Assembly: GCF_964213995.1 (NCBI RefSeq)
Contig: NW_027590123.1
Span: 930,001 to 994,000 of the forward strand
DNA length: 64,000 nucleotides
Direction: 5' to 3'
Origin: Mustelus asterias
Lineage: Eukaryota
A program made the translations under genes and the position numbers. Under the pieces are notes generated by a model. It did not search any database. It was not told the origin of the DNA and saw only the letters and a program-made list of their open reading frames with translations. Position 1 is the stretch's first letter. Each line of letters opens with the position of its first letter. This document shows, in pieces, positions 47,901 through 60,800 of this stretch.

Positions 47901-50900
47901 AGAGAGACAGAGAGTGTGTGTGTGAGAGACAGAGAGTGTGTGTGTGAGAGACAGAGAGTGTGTGTGTGAGAGACAGAGAGTGTGTGTGTGAGTGAGACAG
48001 AGAGTGTGTGTGAGTGAGACAGAGAGTGTGTGAGAGAGACAGAGTGTGTGTGAGAGACAGAGAGTGTGTGTGAGAGACAGAGAGTGTGTGTGAGAGACAG
48101 AGAGTGTGTGTGAGCGAGACAGAGTGTGTGTGTGAGCGAGACAGAGAGTGTGTGTGAGCGAGACAGAGAGTGTGTGTGAGCGAGACAGAGAGTGTGTGTG
48201 ACCGAGACAGAGAGTGTGTGTGAGCGAGACAGAGAGTGTGTGTGAGCGAGACAGAGAGTGTGTGTGAGCGAGACAGAGAGTGTGTGTGAGCGAGACAGAG
48301 AGTGTGTGTGAGCGAGACAGAGAGTGTGTGTGAGCGAGACAGAGAGTGTGTGTGAGCGAGACAGAGAGTGTGTGTGAGCGAGACAGAGAGTGTGTGTGAG
48401 AGACAGAGAGTGTGTGTGTGAGAGACAGAGAGTGTGTGTGTGAGTGAGACAGAGAGTGTGTGTGAGTGAGACAGAGAGTGTGAGAGAGAGACAGAGAGTG
48501 TGTGAGAGAGACAGAGAGTGTGTGAGAGAGACAGAGTGTGTGTGAGAGACAGAGTGTGTGTGAGCGAGACAGAGTGTGTGAGCGAGACAGAGAGTGTGTG
48601 TGAGAGACAGAGAGTGTGTGAGAGACAGAGAGTGTGTGTGAGAGACAGAGAGTGTGTGTGAGAGACAGAGAGTGTGTGAGAGAGACAGAGAGTGTGTGTG
48701 AGAGAGACAGAGAGTGTGTGTGAGAGACAGAGAGTGTGTGTGAGAGACAGAGAGTGTGTGTGAGAGACAGAGAGTGTGTGTGAGACAGAGAGTGTGGTTG
48801 AGAGACAGAGAGTGTGTGTGAGAGACAGAGAGTGTGTGTGAGAGACAGAGAGTGTGTGTGAGAGACAGAGAGTGTGTGAGCGAGACAGAGAGTGTGTGTG
48901 AGAGACAGAGAGTGAGTGTGAGAGAGACAGAGAGTGTGTGTGAGAGACAGAGAGTGTGTGTGAGCGAGACAGAGAGTGTGTGTGAGAGACAGAGAGTGTG
49001 TGTGAGAGACAGAGAGTGTGTGTGAGAGACAGAGAGTGTGTGTGAGAGACAGAGAGTGTGTGTGAGAGACAGAGAGTGTGTGTGAGAGACAGAGAGTGTG
49101 TGTGAGAGACAGAGAGTGTGTGTGAGAGACAGAGAGTGTGTGAGCGAGACAGAGTGTGTGTGTGAGAGACAGAGTGCGTGTGGGAGTGAGACAGAGAGTG
49201 TGTGAGCGATAGAGTGTGTGAGCGAGACAGAGAGTGTGTGTGAGAGACTGAGTGTGTGTGTGTGAGAGACAGAGAGTGTGTTAGAGAGACAGAGAGTGTG
49301 TGAGAGAGACAGAGAGTGTGTGTGTGAGAGACAGAGAGAGTGTGTGAGAGAGACAGAGAGTGTGTGTGTGAGAGACAGAGAGTGTGTGTGTGAGAGACAG
49401 AGAGTGTGTGTGTGAGTGAGACAGAGAGTGTGTGTGAGTGAGACAGAGAGTGTGTGAGAGAGACAGAGTGTGTGTGAGAGACAGAGAGTGTGTGTGAGAG
49501 ACAGAGAGTGTGTGTGAGAGACAGAGAGTGTGTGTGAGAGACAGAGAGTGTGTGTGAGCGAGACAGAGTGTGTGTGTGAGCGAGACAGAGAGTGTGTGTG
49601 AGAGAGACAGAGAGTGTGTGTGAGCGAGACAGAGAGTGTGTGTGAGCGAGACAGAGAGTGTGTGTGAGCGAGACAGAGAGTGTGTGTGAGTGAGACAGAG
49701 AGTGTGTGTGAGCGAGACAGAGAGTGTGTGTGAGCGAGACAGAGAGTGTGTGTGAGAGACAGAGAGTGTGTGTGTGAGAGACAGAGAGTGTGTGTGTGAG
49801 TGAGACAGAGAGTGTGTGTGAGTGAGACAGAGAGTGTGTGAGAGAGACAGAGAGTGTGTGAGAGAGACAGAGAGTGTGTGAGAGAGACAGAGTGTGTGTG
49901 AGAGACAGAGTGTGTGTGAGCGAGACAGAGAGTGTGTGTGAGAGACAGAGAGTGTGTGAGAGACAGAGTGTGTGTGTGAGAGACAGAGAGTGTGTGTGAG
50001 AGACAGAGAGTGTGTGAGAGACAGAGTGTGTGTGTGAGAGACAGAGAGTGTGTGAGAGAGACAGAGAGTGTGTGTGAGAGACAGAGAGTGTGTGAGAGAG
50101 ACAGAGAGTGTCTGTGAGAGAGACAGAGAGTGTGTGTGAGAGACAGAGAGTGTGTGTGAGAGACAGAGAGTGTGTGTGAGACAGAGAGTGTGTTTGAGAG
50201 ACAGAGAGTGTGTGTGAGAGACAGAGAGTGTCTGTGAGAGACAGAGAGTGTGTGTGAGAGACAGAGAATGTGTGTGAGAGACAGAGAGTGTGTGAGCGAG
50301 ACAGAGAGTGTGTGAGCGAGACAGAGAGTGTGTGAGCGAGACAGAGAGTGTGTGTGAGAGACAGAGAGTGTGTGTGAGAGAGACAGAGAGTGTGTGAGAG
50401 CGAGACAGAGAGTGTGTGAGAGCGAGACAGAGAGTGTGTGAGCGAGACAGAGAGTGTGTGTGAGCGAGACAGAGAGTGTGTGTGAGCGAGACAGAGAGTG
50501 TGTGAGAGCGAGACAGAGAGTGTGTGAGAGCGAGACAGAGAGTGTGTGTGAGCGAGACAGAGAGTGTGTGTGAGAGACAGTGTGTGTGAGAGACAGTGTG
50601 TGTGAGAGACAGAGTGTGTGTGAGAGACAGAGTGTGTGTGTGAGAGACAGAGAGTGTGTGTGAGAGACAGAAAGTGTGTGTGAGAGACAGAGAGTGTGTG
50701 TGAGAGACAGAGAGTGTGTGTGAGAGACAGAGAGTGTGTGTGAGAGACAGAGAGTGTGTGAGAGAGACAGAGAGTGTGTGTGAGAGACAGAGAGTGTGTG
50801 AGCGAGACAGAGTGTGTGAGCGAGACAGAGTGTGTGTGTGAGAGACAGAGTGCGTGTGGGAGTGAGACAGAGAGTGTGTGAGCGAGACAGAGAGTGTGTG

Positions 50901-53900
50901 AGAGACTGAGTGTGTGTGTGTGAGAGACAGAGAGTGTGTTAGAGAGACAGAGAGTGTGTGAGAGAGACAGAGAGTGTGTGTGTGAGAGACAGAGAGTGTG
51001 TGTGTGAGAGACAGAGAGTGTGTGTGTGAGTGAGACAGAGAGTGTGTGTGAGTGAGACAGAGAGTGTGTGAGAGAGACAGAGTGTGTGTGAGAGACAGAG
51101 AGTGTGTGTGAGAGACAGAGAGTGTGTGTGAGAGACAGAGAGTGTGTGTGAGCGAGACAGAGTGTGTGTGTGAGCGAGACAGAGAGTGTGTGTGAGCGAG
51201 ACAGAGAGTGTGTGAGCGAGACAGAGAGTGTGTGTGACCGAGACAGAGAGTGTGTGTGAGCGAGACAGAGAGTGTGTGTGAGCGAGACAGAGAGTGTGTG
51301 TGAGCGAGACAGAGAGTGTGCGTGAGCGAGACAGAGAGTGTGTGTGAGCGAGACAGAGAGTGTGTGTGAGCGAGACAGAGAGTGTGTGTGAGAGACAGAG
51401 AGTGTGTGTGTGAGAGACAGAGAGTGTGTGTGTGAGTGAGACAGAGAGTGTGTGTGAGTGAGACAGAGAGTGTGAGAGAGAGACAGAGAGTGTGTGAGAG
51501 AGACAGAGAGTGTGTGAGAGAGACAGAGAGTGTGTGAGAGAGACAGAGTGTGTGTGAGAGACAGAGTGTGTGTGAGCGAGACAGAGTGTGTGAGCGAGAC
51601 AGAGAGTGTGTGTGAGAGACAGAGAGTGTGTGAGAGACAGAGAGTGTGTGTGAGAGACAGAGAGTGTGTGTGAGAGACAGAGAGTGTGTGAGAGAGACAG
51701 AGAGTGTGTGTGAGAGAGACAGAGAGTGTGTGTGAGAGACAGAGAGTGTGTGTGAGAGACAGAGAGTGTGTGTGAGAGACAGAGAGTGTGTGTGAGACAG
51801 AGAGTGTGGTTGAGAGACAGAGAGTGTGTGTGAGAGACAGAGAGTGTGTGTGAGAGACAGAGAGTGTGTGTGAGAGACAGAGAGTGTGTGAGCGAGACAG
51901 AGAGTGTGTGTGAGAGACAGAGAGTGAGTGTGAGAGAGACAGAGAGTGTGTGTGAGAGACAGAGAGTGTGTGTGAGCGAGACAGAGAGTGTGTGTGAGAG
52001 ACAGAGAGTGTGTGTGAGAGACAGAGAGTGTGTGTGAGAGACAGAGAGTGTGTGTGAGAGACAGAGAGTGTGTGTGAGAGACAGAGAGTGTGTGTGAGAG
52101 ACAGAGAGTGTGTGTGAGAGACAGAGAGTGTGTGTGAGAGACAGAGAGTGTGTGAGCGAGACAGAGTGTGTGTGTGAGAGACAGAGTGCGTGTGGGAGTG
52201 AGACAGAGAGTGTGTGAGCGATAGAGTGTGTGAGCGAGACAGAGAGTGTGTGTGAGAGACTGAGTGTGTGTGAGAGACAGAGAGTGTGTGTGTGAGAGAC
52301 AGAGAGTGTGTGTGTGAGAGACAGAGAGTGTGTGTGTGAGTGAGACAGAGAGTGTGTGTGAGTGAGACAGAGAGTGTGTGAGAGAGACAGAGTGTGTGTG
52401 AGAGACAGAGAGTGTGTGTGAGAGACAGAGAGTGTGTGTGAGAGACAGAGAGTGTGTGTGAGCGAGACAGAGTGTGTGTGTGAGCGAGACAGAGAGTGTG
52501 TGTGAGCGAGACAGAGAGTGTGTGTGAGCGAGACAGAGAGTGTGTGTGACCGAGACAGAGAGTGTGTGTGAGCGAGACAGAGAGTGTGTGTGAGCGAGAC
52601 AGAGAGTGTGTGTGAGCGAGACAGAGAGTGTGTGTGAGCGAGACAGAGAGTGTGTGTGAGCGAGACAGAGAGTGTGTGTGAGCGAGACAGAGAGTGTGTG
52701 TGAGCGAGACAGAGAGTGTGTGTGAGCGAGACAGAGAGTGTGTTAGAGAGACAGAGAGTGTGTGAGAGAGACAGAGAGTGTGTGTGTGAGAGACAGAGAG
52801 AGTGTGTGAGAGAGACAGAGAGTGTGTGTGTGAGAGACAGAGAGTGTGTGTGTGAGAGACAGAGAGTGTGTGTGTGAGTGAGACAGAGAGTGTGTGAGAG
52901 AGACAGAGTGTGTGTGAGAGACAGAGAGTGTGTGTGAGAGACAGAGAGTGTGTGTGAGAGACAGAGAGTGTGTGTGAGCGAGACAGAGTGTGTGTGTGAG
53001 CGAGACAGAGAGTGTGTGTGAGAGAGACAGAGAGTGTGTGTGAGCGAGACAGAGAGTGTGTGTGAGCGAGACAGAGAGTGTGTGTGAGCGAGACAGAGAG
53101 TGTGTGTGAGTGAGACAGAGAGTGTGTGTGAGCGAGACAGAGAGTGTGTGTGAGCGAGACAGAGAGTGTGTGTGAGCGAGACAGAGAGTGTGTGTGAGAG
53201 ACAGAGAGTGTGTGTGTGAGAGACAGAGAGTGTGTGTGTGAGTGAGACAGAGAGTGTGTGTGAGTGAGACAGAGAGTGTGTGAGAGAGACAGAGAGTGTG
53301 TGAGAGAGACAGAGAGTGTGTGAGAGAGACAGAGTGTGTGTGAGAGACAGAGTGTGTGTGAGCGAGACAGAGAGTGTGTGTGAGAGACAGAGAGTGTGTG
53401 AGAGACAGAGTGTGTGTGTGAGAGACAGAGAGTGTGTGTGAGAGACAGAGAGTGTGTGAGAGACAGAGTGTGTGTGTGAGAGACAGAGAGTGTGTGAGAG
53501 AGACAGAGAGTGTGTGTGAGAGACAGAGAGTGTGTGAGAGAGACAGAGAGTGTCTGTGAGAGAGACAGAGAGTGTGTGTGAGAGACAGAGAGTGTGTGTG
53601 AGAGACAGAGAGTGTGTGTGAGACAGAGAGTGTGTTTGAGAGACAGAGAGTGTGTGTGAGAGACAGAGAGTGTCTGTGAGAGACAGAGAGTGTGTGTGAG
53701 AGACAGAGAATGTGTGTGAGAGACAGAGAGTGTGTGAGCGAGACAGAGAGTGTGTGAGCGAGACAGAGAGTGTGTGAGCGAGACAGAGAGTGTGTGTGAG
53801 AGACAGAGAGTGTGTGTGAGAGAGACAGAGAGTGTGTGTGAGAGACAGAGAGTGTGTGTGAGCGAGACAGAGAGTGTGTGTGAGAGACAGAGAGTGTGTG

Positions 53901-54150
53901 TGAGAGACAGAGAGTGTGTGTGAGAGACAGAGAGTGTGTGTGAGAGACAGAGAGTGTGTGTGAGAGACAGAGTGTGTGTGTGAGAGACAGAGAGTGTGTG
54001 TGAGAGACAGAGAGTGTGTGTGAGTGAGACAGAGAGTGTGTGTGAGAGAGACAGAGAGTGTGTGTGAGCGAGACAGAGAGTGTGTGTGAGAGACAGAGAG
54101 TGTGTGTGAGAGACAGAGAGTGTGTGTGAGAGACAGAGAGTGTGTGAGTG
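41925..54150 (+). repeat. ~12 kb satellite of ~20-22 bp unit GAGACAGAGAGTGTGTGTGA(GC) with higher-order repeats
   Basis: Hundreds of units; rare variants recur at 3.0-4.3 kb spacing. Confidence 0.97.
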
Positions 54151-54366
54151 CGTGCGAGTGAGTGAATGTGAGTGTGTGTGAGAGTGTGTGAGGGAGTATT
54201 CATGTGTGTGTTGATGAGAGTGTGTTAAAGTGAGTGTTTATTAGAGTGAGTGTGTGTGAGCAAGTGTGCAAGAGGGAGTGTGTAAAAGTGAGTATGTGTG
54301 TAATGTGTGTGAGACTGAGTAAGTGTATAAGAGTGAGTGAGTGCTGGCGGGAGAGTGCAGGAGTGT

Positions 54367-54665
54367 TAAGTTTCAGTTTATTTACGAGTGTCACAAGTAG
54401 GGTTACGTTAACACTGCAATGAAGTTACTGTGAGAATCCCCTAGTCGCCACACTCCAGTGCCTATTCGGGTTACACTGAGGGAGAATTTAGCACGGCCAA
54501 TGCACCCTAACCAGCACGTCTTTCAGACTGTGGGAGGAAACCGGAGCACCCGGAGGAAACCCACGCAGACACGGGGAGAACGTGCAGACTCCGCACAGAC
54601 AGTGACCCAAGCCAGGAATCGAACCCGGGTCCCTGGCGCTGTGAGGCAGCAGTGTTAACCACCGG
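54367..54665 (-). mobile_element. V-SINE, near full length
   Basis: Inverted tail, core and head. Confidence 0.92.
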
Positions 54666-55683
54666 TGATAAGGGGGAGAGTTAACAGAAAGCAGCTGGTG
54701 AGAATATACTGGCCGGTTTTAATTTAATCCAAATTAATGAATTAGAAACTTTTAACCTAAGGAATTGACATCCGAGGATTTCAGTTTAAAATCCCATTGA
54801 AGCTCCCTGTCTCATAATGGGATGTTTTTGCCTGTATTTAGTAATTAGTGACTTCATATCTCACAGCGAGATAAATAAAACTTTTTTCCAATTGATAGGG
54901 ACAGCTCAATGGACAAAACTGGTGTGAGAAAGGGGCAAATCCTTTGAAAATGGAGGCAGAGAGGAGGCTTTGTTCAACTCCCATTCTTTCCCTGTCTTCA
55001 GCAGGCTGGGCAGGAAGTGTGAGCAGAGAGGGTGGGATAGACAGACACACACTGACACAATCCCCCAATCCACTCACTCACACATCCCCATTCCCCCTCC
55101 ACTCGCTGGGTTGTGGGGAGCGGCTGCAAGGATTTTCAGGGCTGCTGTGAGGGGGTCAGGGGGTTTTTGAAATGGACGAACACGACCTACAGGGGAAAAG
55201 AAATAAAGTTTGAAACTAAACTAAAGAAACTAAAGGCAGGAGCTTGCAGAATCCATTGCCTCCCTGCATTAACATATCAATAGTCAGTCTGACATTACCA
55301 CAAACTCCTCTGGGGTGAGAGGGGGAGGGGGGGTGAATTAGCATCTCAATAGAGAGACAGACATTGCAGGCATGTCAGAGACTTCGGGTGGGGTTTGCAT
55401 CCAGCACACTCAGGATAAATGTGAATCTGAGAGCCTTCAGTCCCCACACCAATAATCCCCCTGCACTGAAAACATTCCCACTCTGATTCAGTGTGTGTGT
55501 GTGTCAGTGTGTGTCTCAATCTGCTTTTTGACCTGTGCTTTGCTTGTGTGGACATGATGCTGAATGGACTTGAATGGAAATGCTGGACTCCTCGCTGTGA
55601 TATGTTGTGTGTCTTATTGTTAAAATGGCCTTGTCTCTTTTTCTCTCTCTTCTTAACCAATTTTTATCTCTTTTTCTCCTGAG

Positions 55684-55808
55684 GAATTTTGAAAACTGGG
55701 GATGTGTCGAGGATCCAAAGGACGGGAATGTTTGTGACCAGGATGAGGGAGAGGAGCTTCTTCCAGAGGGAGGGCTGACTGAGGCCTGTTGCTCAGGCTT
55801 CACCCTGA
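55684..55808 (+). other. Candidate exon
   Basis: Long pyrimidine tract ending CTCCTGAG, donor GA|GTGAGT; one open frame NFENWGCVEDPKDGNVCDQDEGEELLPEGGLTEACCSGFTL. Confidence 0.3.
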
Positions 55809-55927
55809 GTGAGTTGTGTCTGTTTATTAACCTGATCCAGATTTAATGTTTCATATCAGAGGGAGCGAGATCTGAATGAGAGTGGAATAGAGAGAGAGAG
55901 AGAAACACACAGGGAGGGAACTGTCTC

Positions 55928-56250
55928 ATAGAATCATAGAAACCCTACAGTACAGAAAGAGGCCATTCGGCCCATCGAGTCTGCACCGACCACATATCCC
56001 TACATATTTACCACTAATCCCTCTAACCTAGGCATCTCAGGACACTAAGGGCAATGTTTAGCATGGCCAATCAACCTAACCCGCACATCTTTGGACTGTG
56101 GGAGGAAACCGGAGCACCCGGAGGAAACCCATGCAGACACGAGGAGAATGTGCAAACTCCACACAGACAGTGACCCAAGCCGGGAATCGAACCCAGGTCC
56201 CTGGAGCTGTGAAGCAGCAGTGCTAACCACTGTGCTACCGTGCCACCCTA
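55928..56250 (-). mobile_element. HE1-like SINE, full length
   Basis: (CATAGAAT) tail through inverted head ACTGTGCTACCGTGCCACCC. Confidence 0.93.
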
Positions 56251-57859
56251 ACTCTTTAGTCTCTGCTTTACAACTGACTTGTTGTGTTTGGGTGTTACTG
56301 AGAGATTGTGTAACTGAGAGGAGATCCTGGGTTTTTGCTGTGCTATTTAATTTAAATATTTTCTTGTATTTTAATTATTTTCTCTCTCTTTCCCCAAGAA
56401 TTAATGTTTAGATTTTACTGAGAGATTGTGTAACTGGGAAGGGGGAATCCTGGCCTCTTGTGCTATTTAATTTAAAGAAAGTAGCCACATGTGAAGTGGA
56501 AACACCTTCCCTCAGCTTGTTACACACTGACCTTTCCACAACCCCAACATGTTTACAAACACTCGCTGCAGTTTCTGCAAACTTTGTATCAAACTGCCTC
56601 CCATTCTGCTCAATACTGACCCCCTCTCAACCTGGCACTGAACTAGTGTCTGAATTGAGACAGAGACACACAGACAGAGTTTTTAAAGTTGAAAGTTTTG
56701 AAGTTTATATATTAGTGTCATAAGTAAGGCTTACATTAACACTGCAATGAAGTTACTGAGAGAGACAGAGAGAGGCAGAGACACACAGACAGAGACATAG
56801 ATAAAGAGACAGAAAGAGACAGAGAGATAAAGAGACAGAGAGGATGTTTAAAGTTTTAAAGTGTGTTTATTCCTGTCACAAGTCAGGCTCACATTAACGC
56901 TGCAGTTACTGAGAGAGACAGAAAGAGAGAGTTTTTAAAGTTGAAAGATTTAAAGTTTATTTATTAGTGTCACAAGGCTTACATTAACACTGCAATGAAG
57001 TTAGTGAGAAAGACAGAGATAGAGGGAGCATCCAGAGTGGGTTCAGTAACACATTTATTTATCAGATATCTCTCTCTGTGACTCTTTAGCGATGAGATAT
57101 TCAGCCAGGATGGTTTCACTGACCCTCTTCAGCAGGCAGATATTCCCAAATCCAGCCTAGGTCTCAGACACACACACACACCACTCACACATTCCCTCTG
57201 CTCTGTCCAAGGGAATATTTTAATCCAGGAATTTCTATTTTATATTTACAGGGTGAGGGGGGGAGAAACTCAACTCAAAAATCCTGCAGTCTCTCCAAGC
57301 TGCTTTTAAATTTCAATTCAAACCCTGGGCCACATGGGAAGCTGCAGAGATTGGGAAACTTACCAAACCCAGTTTGTGTGTGTGAGTGTCTGCAGCTTTT
57401 GTGTCTTTGAACTTGCGAGGGTGCCAGGGAGAGAATGTCACTGTCTTCACCTCTCTCTCTGCCTCTCTGTATAAAAAAAATCACCAAATTAAACCACACT
57501 CAATCATGCGACCATACACAATTAATTATCAAATATCTGTCTCTCTCGCTTTATCTCTATCTCTCCCCGTCTCTCTCTCTCCCTGTTCTCTCTCTCCCTG
57601 TCTCTTCTCGAGCAGAAACAGGTGGAGACAGAGAGGCATGGAAAGAGAGGAAGAGGGAGGGATGGAAACAGCTGGAGTTGTGGGTTAGATGCAGGGGGAG
57701 AGACACAGGCTGTTAGAGGGAGGGGGGGGTTTCAGTGAGGGACAGGGTCTCCAGTTTAATTCTGAGGGTCCTGAGAGAGGGATTTCACTGTCTCAGCCCC
57801 TCTTTGGCTCCCTCACTCTGTATAAACAATTCCCAAATTTAAAAAACCCTCAACACAGC

Positions 57860-60800
57860 TGACTGCACTTTGTGGGATCTTGCTGTGCACCACAGGGATT
57901 TTAGTTTTAAAAAGGGTTACTTTTAAGAGGGAGTTCCAGCCTTTCTGGAGATTTGGGATGATGCAGACACACACACACAGGGTAGTGAGTGGGGAAGGGG
58001 GGTCACAGCAGGCGAGAGAGTGGGGGGGAGGGGGGGAGGACTGTGTCCCATCTGATTCAGGTTCACATGGCTGCTGCTGCTGCTGTGGGATCTTGCTGTG
58101 CACACACTGGGCCTGTGGCCTTTGCCTGCACTGCAACAGTGACCACACTTTTTATTTTCAAACAAAATCTGGCTCAGGGACCGCAAAGTGGGTTCAAGGA
58201 AAAAGCTTGAAAAGGGGTCGGGTAAATTCAAGCACTTTAATCGCCAAGGCACCGTAGGCTCTGGAGCAAGTGCTGGGGAATGGGAGGAGGATAGATTGGG
58301 ATTTGATGGCCAACATGGAGCTGGTGGGCCGAAGGGCCTGTTTCTGTGCTGTGTGACTCCAGATTCTTTTCTCTCTCTTTTCCCAGGAATTTCTATTTGG
58401 ATGGGGGGGTGGGTATAGAATTTCCCTGTCTCTGTCTCTCCAGTATTCTTACCAATCCCAGCACCCCGCCCCTCTCTCTCTCCCCAGACATTCCTGTCTA
58501 TATTTCATCTTTCAATAAAATGTTTAAGAAAACACCAATGTGAATTGTTGCCAATTTAATTTGGGAAGAGAGAGAGAGTGGATCCCATTTCCCACACACT
58601 CTCCTGCAGTCCTCACCCACAACATTTATTTAATCTGGCCCTCACCAGGTTGTGTGTGTGGGATCTGGCTATGCACACAGGTGGGTCTGGCTCCCTATTC
58701 CTCGCACTGTGACCGTGAGCAGAACTTTAAACAGGAAAGATTGAGGGGAAGGAGAAGGGTTGGGGAGGCGGAGGAGGCAGAGAGAGAGATAGAGAAATGG
58801 AGGGAGAGCTAAACAGAGAGGGTGTGGGGGGGGTGTGAGAGGGTCTCAGCAGGGGCAGGGGGAAAGAGACACAGAGTCTGGGGCTGCCCTCCTCCATCGT
58901 GGGACTGGCAGGGGGATCTTGCTGTGCAGAATTACCTTCATTGTCATTTGAATCATTCATTCATTGACTAAGGGAGGGTGGGGGTGTGATTGTGGGATTA
59001 TAAATATTGTTACCACTCTGAGGTGATGTTTCCCTCTGCGCTATTTTGTAACCCCCCCAAAGGGATACACCTCGCCTCGTAATCTTAAGTAAGTGTGTGT
59101 GAGACAGGAGGAAGCTACTGGTTTTAGACAGATGTGCAGAAGGAGGCCATTCGGCCCATCTAGTCTGTACCGACCACAATCCCAACCAGGCCCTATTCCC
59201 ATGACCCCACACTTTTAACCTGCTAATCCCCCTGACACTGGGGTCAATTTAACACGGCCAATCCACCCAACCCGCACAGCTTTGTGCTGTGGGAGGAATT
59301 GGTAAATTAAAGCAGGATCTGACACTCTCTGTATCAGGAACAACTAACAGGTCTTTAATTTAGACTGGGTGACAACCTTATTAAAACAATGAACAAACTG
59401 AATAAACTCCCCAGTAGAATGCTGTTCCAATGACAAGACTCACTCAGGAATAATGAAATAAATCATTACAGAATAGAGTCACCCTCAAATAATATAATAC
59501 CAGGCGTCTGTTGGAAGTGTGAACTTTCTTCTGCTGCTTGGGTCTGGAATACTTTCTGAGTTGGTTTCTGCTTCTATTTAGATGGTGATGTGATGAAGCT
59601 GTATATATTACTGCAGGATTCAGTATCAGACTCTCCCTCCTTCAATCTAAAGAGGCAGCAAGGTCGCTCCCTCCCCGTTATTTCCCCCTGTCCCGGGTTT
59701 AAATACCCAGAATTTCCTCACAGTATTCCTGCAATTTGAGTGGCTTGAGGCTGTCACCAACACTCCAATTTGAATGCAATTGGTTGTGTGTGTTTGAGAG
59801 CTTGTTTTAAAATCATTCACCCAATTCAAAGCCTGTTTTGCTCTGCTGGGACTCTGGCTGCTGCTTTGGACACAAATGTTGTAAAGTTGTCTTCTGCAGC
59901 CTGCTTTCTGCAGTTTAAAATCCCCAGCACAAAGATACAGGCTTTCTAAAGACACAACGCTGGATGGTTCGTTTTGGTTTTCTCAGCATTTCTTTTCAAT
60001 ATTTACATTTGTCAAACACCACATTTTTAACCTTATATATGTAGCTTCATAACAATATTGGACAGGGAGAGAGAGAGTGGGAGAGACAGAGAGAAAGTCG
60101 CACAAAGAGAGAGGGAGAGAGAGACAGAGAGAGAGAGAAAGTCACATGGAGTAATGAGGATGGGGCCTGGATGGGAATGTGGTTGGTGTAGACCTGATGG
60201 GCCGAATGGGCCTCCTTCTGTACTGTAGGGTCCTATTATTCTGTAATGGGGGCTGCGTGCGGTGTGAGGGGAGGGTGGAAGGGGACAGGGGGTGGGGGCA
60301 GCACTGGTTCCCTTTTCCCCCCCTCCCTCCTCCCAGGCCCTGTCCGGGAGGTTTCGGGGCTGGAGGGGATTGTTCTGGTGAACTGGCCGGGGCCTGGGGA
60401 ACCTGTTCTTTGTCCAGGATGTATAATGCAGCCTCTGTGACCAGGCCTCAATCCTGCTCCTTTTCCAAACAGTGCCTGTGTTTAAATCGATGGGACTCGA
60501 CGGTCGAATAAAACCTGCAGCAGACACTTTAATACAAAGAACAGCACAGCACAGGAACAGGTCCTTTGGCCCTCCAAGCCTGCGCCGATCATGTTTCCCT
60601 ATCGAGACCAATGGCCTGTAACCCTCTATACCCCGTTTGTTCATGTGTCTATCCAGATAAATCTTAAATGTCACTAATGTATCTGCCTCAACCACCTCAC
60701 TTGGCAGCGCATTCCAGGCCCCCACCACCCTCTGTGTAAAAACCTTCCCCGCACATCTCCACTCAACCTTTCCCCCTTATCTTGAACTTGTTCCCCTTGT

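Noticed and set aside
41879-54203. Very long ORFs (1644, 519 and 486 aa) of S/H/T/L/C repeats
   Set aside because: Translations of the 20-mer satellite, which lacks stops on one strand; no domain or gene context.
4062-56250. Many tRNA-like A/B-box sequences (TGGCACAGTGGTTAGC..GGTTCAATTCC)
   Set aside because: These are SINE heads, not tRNA genes.
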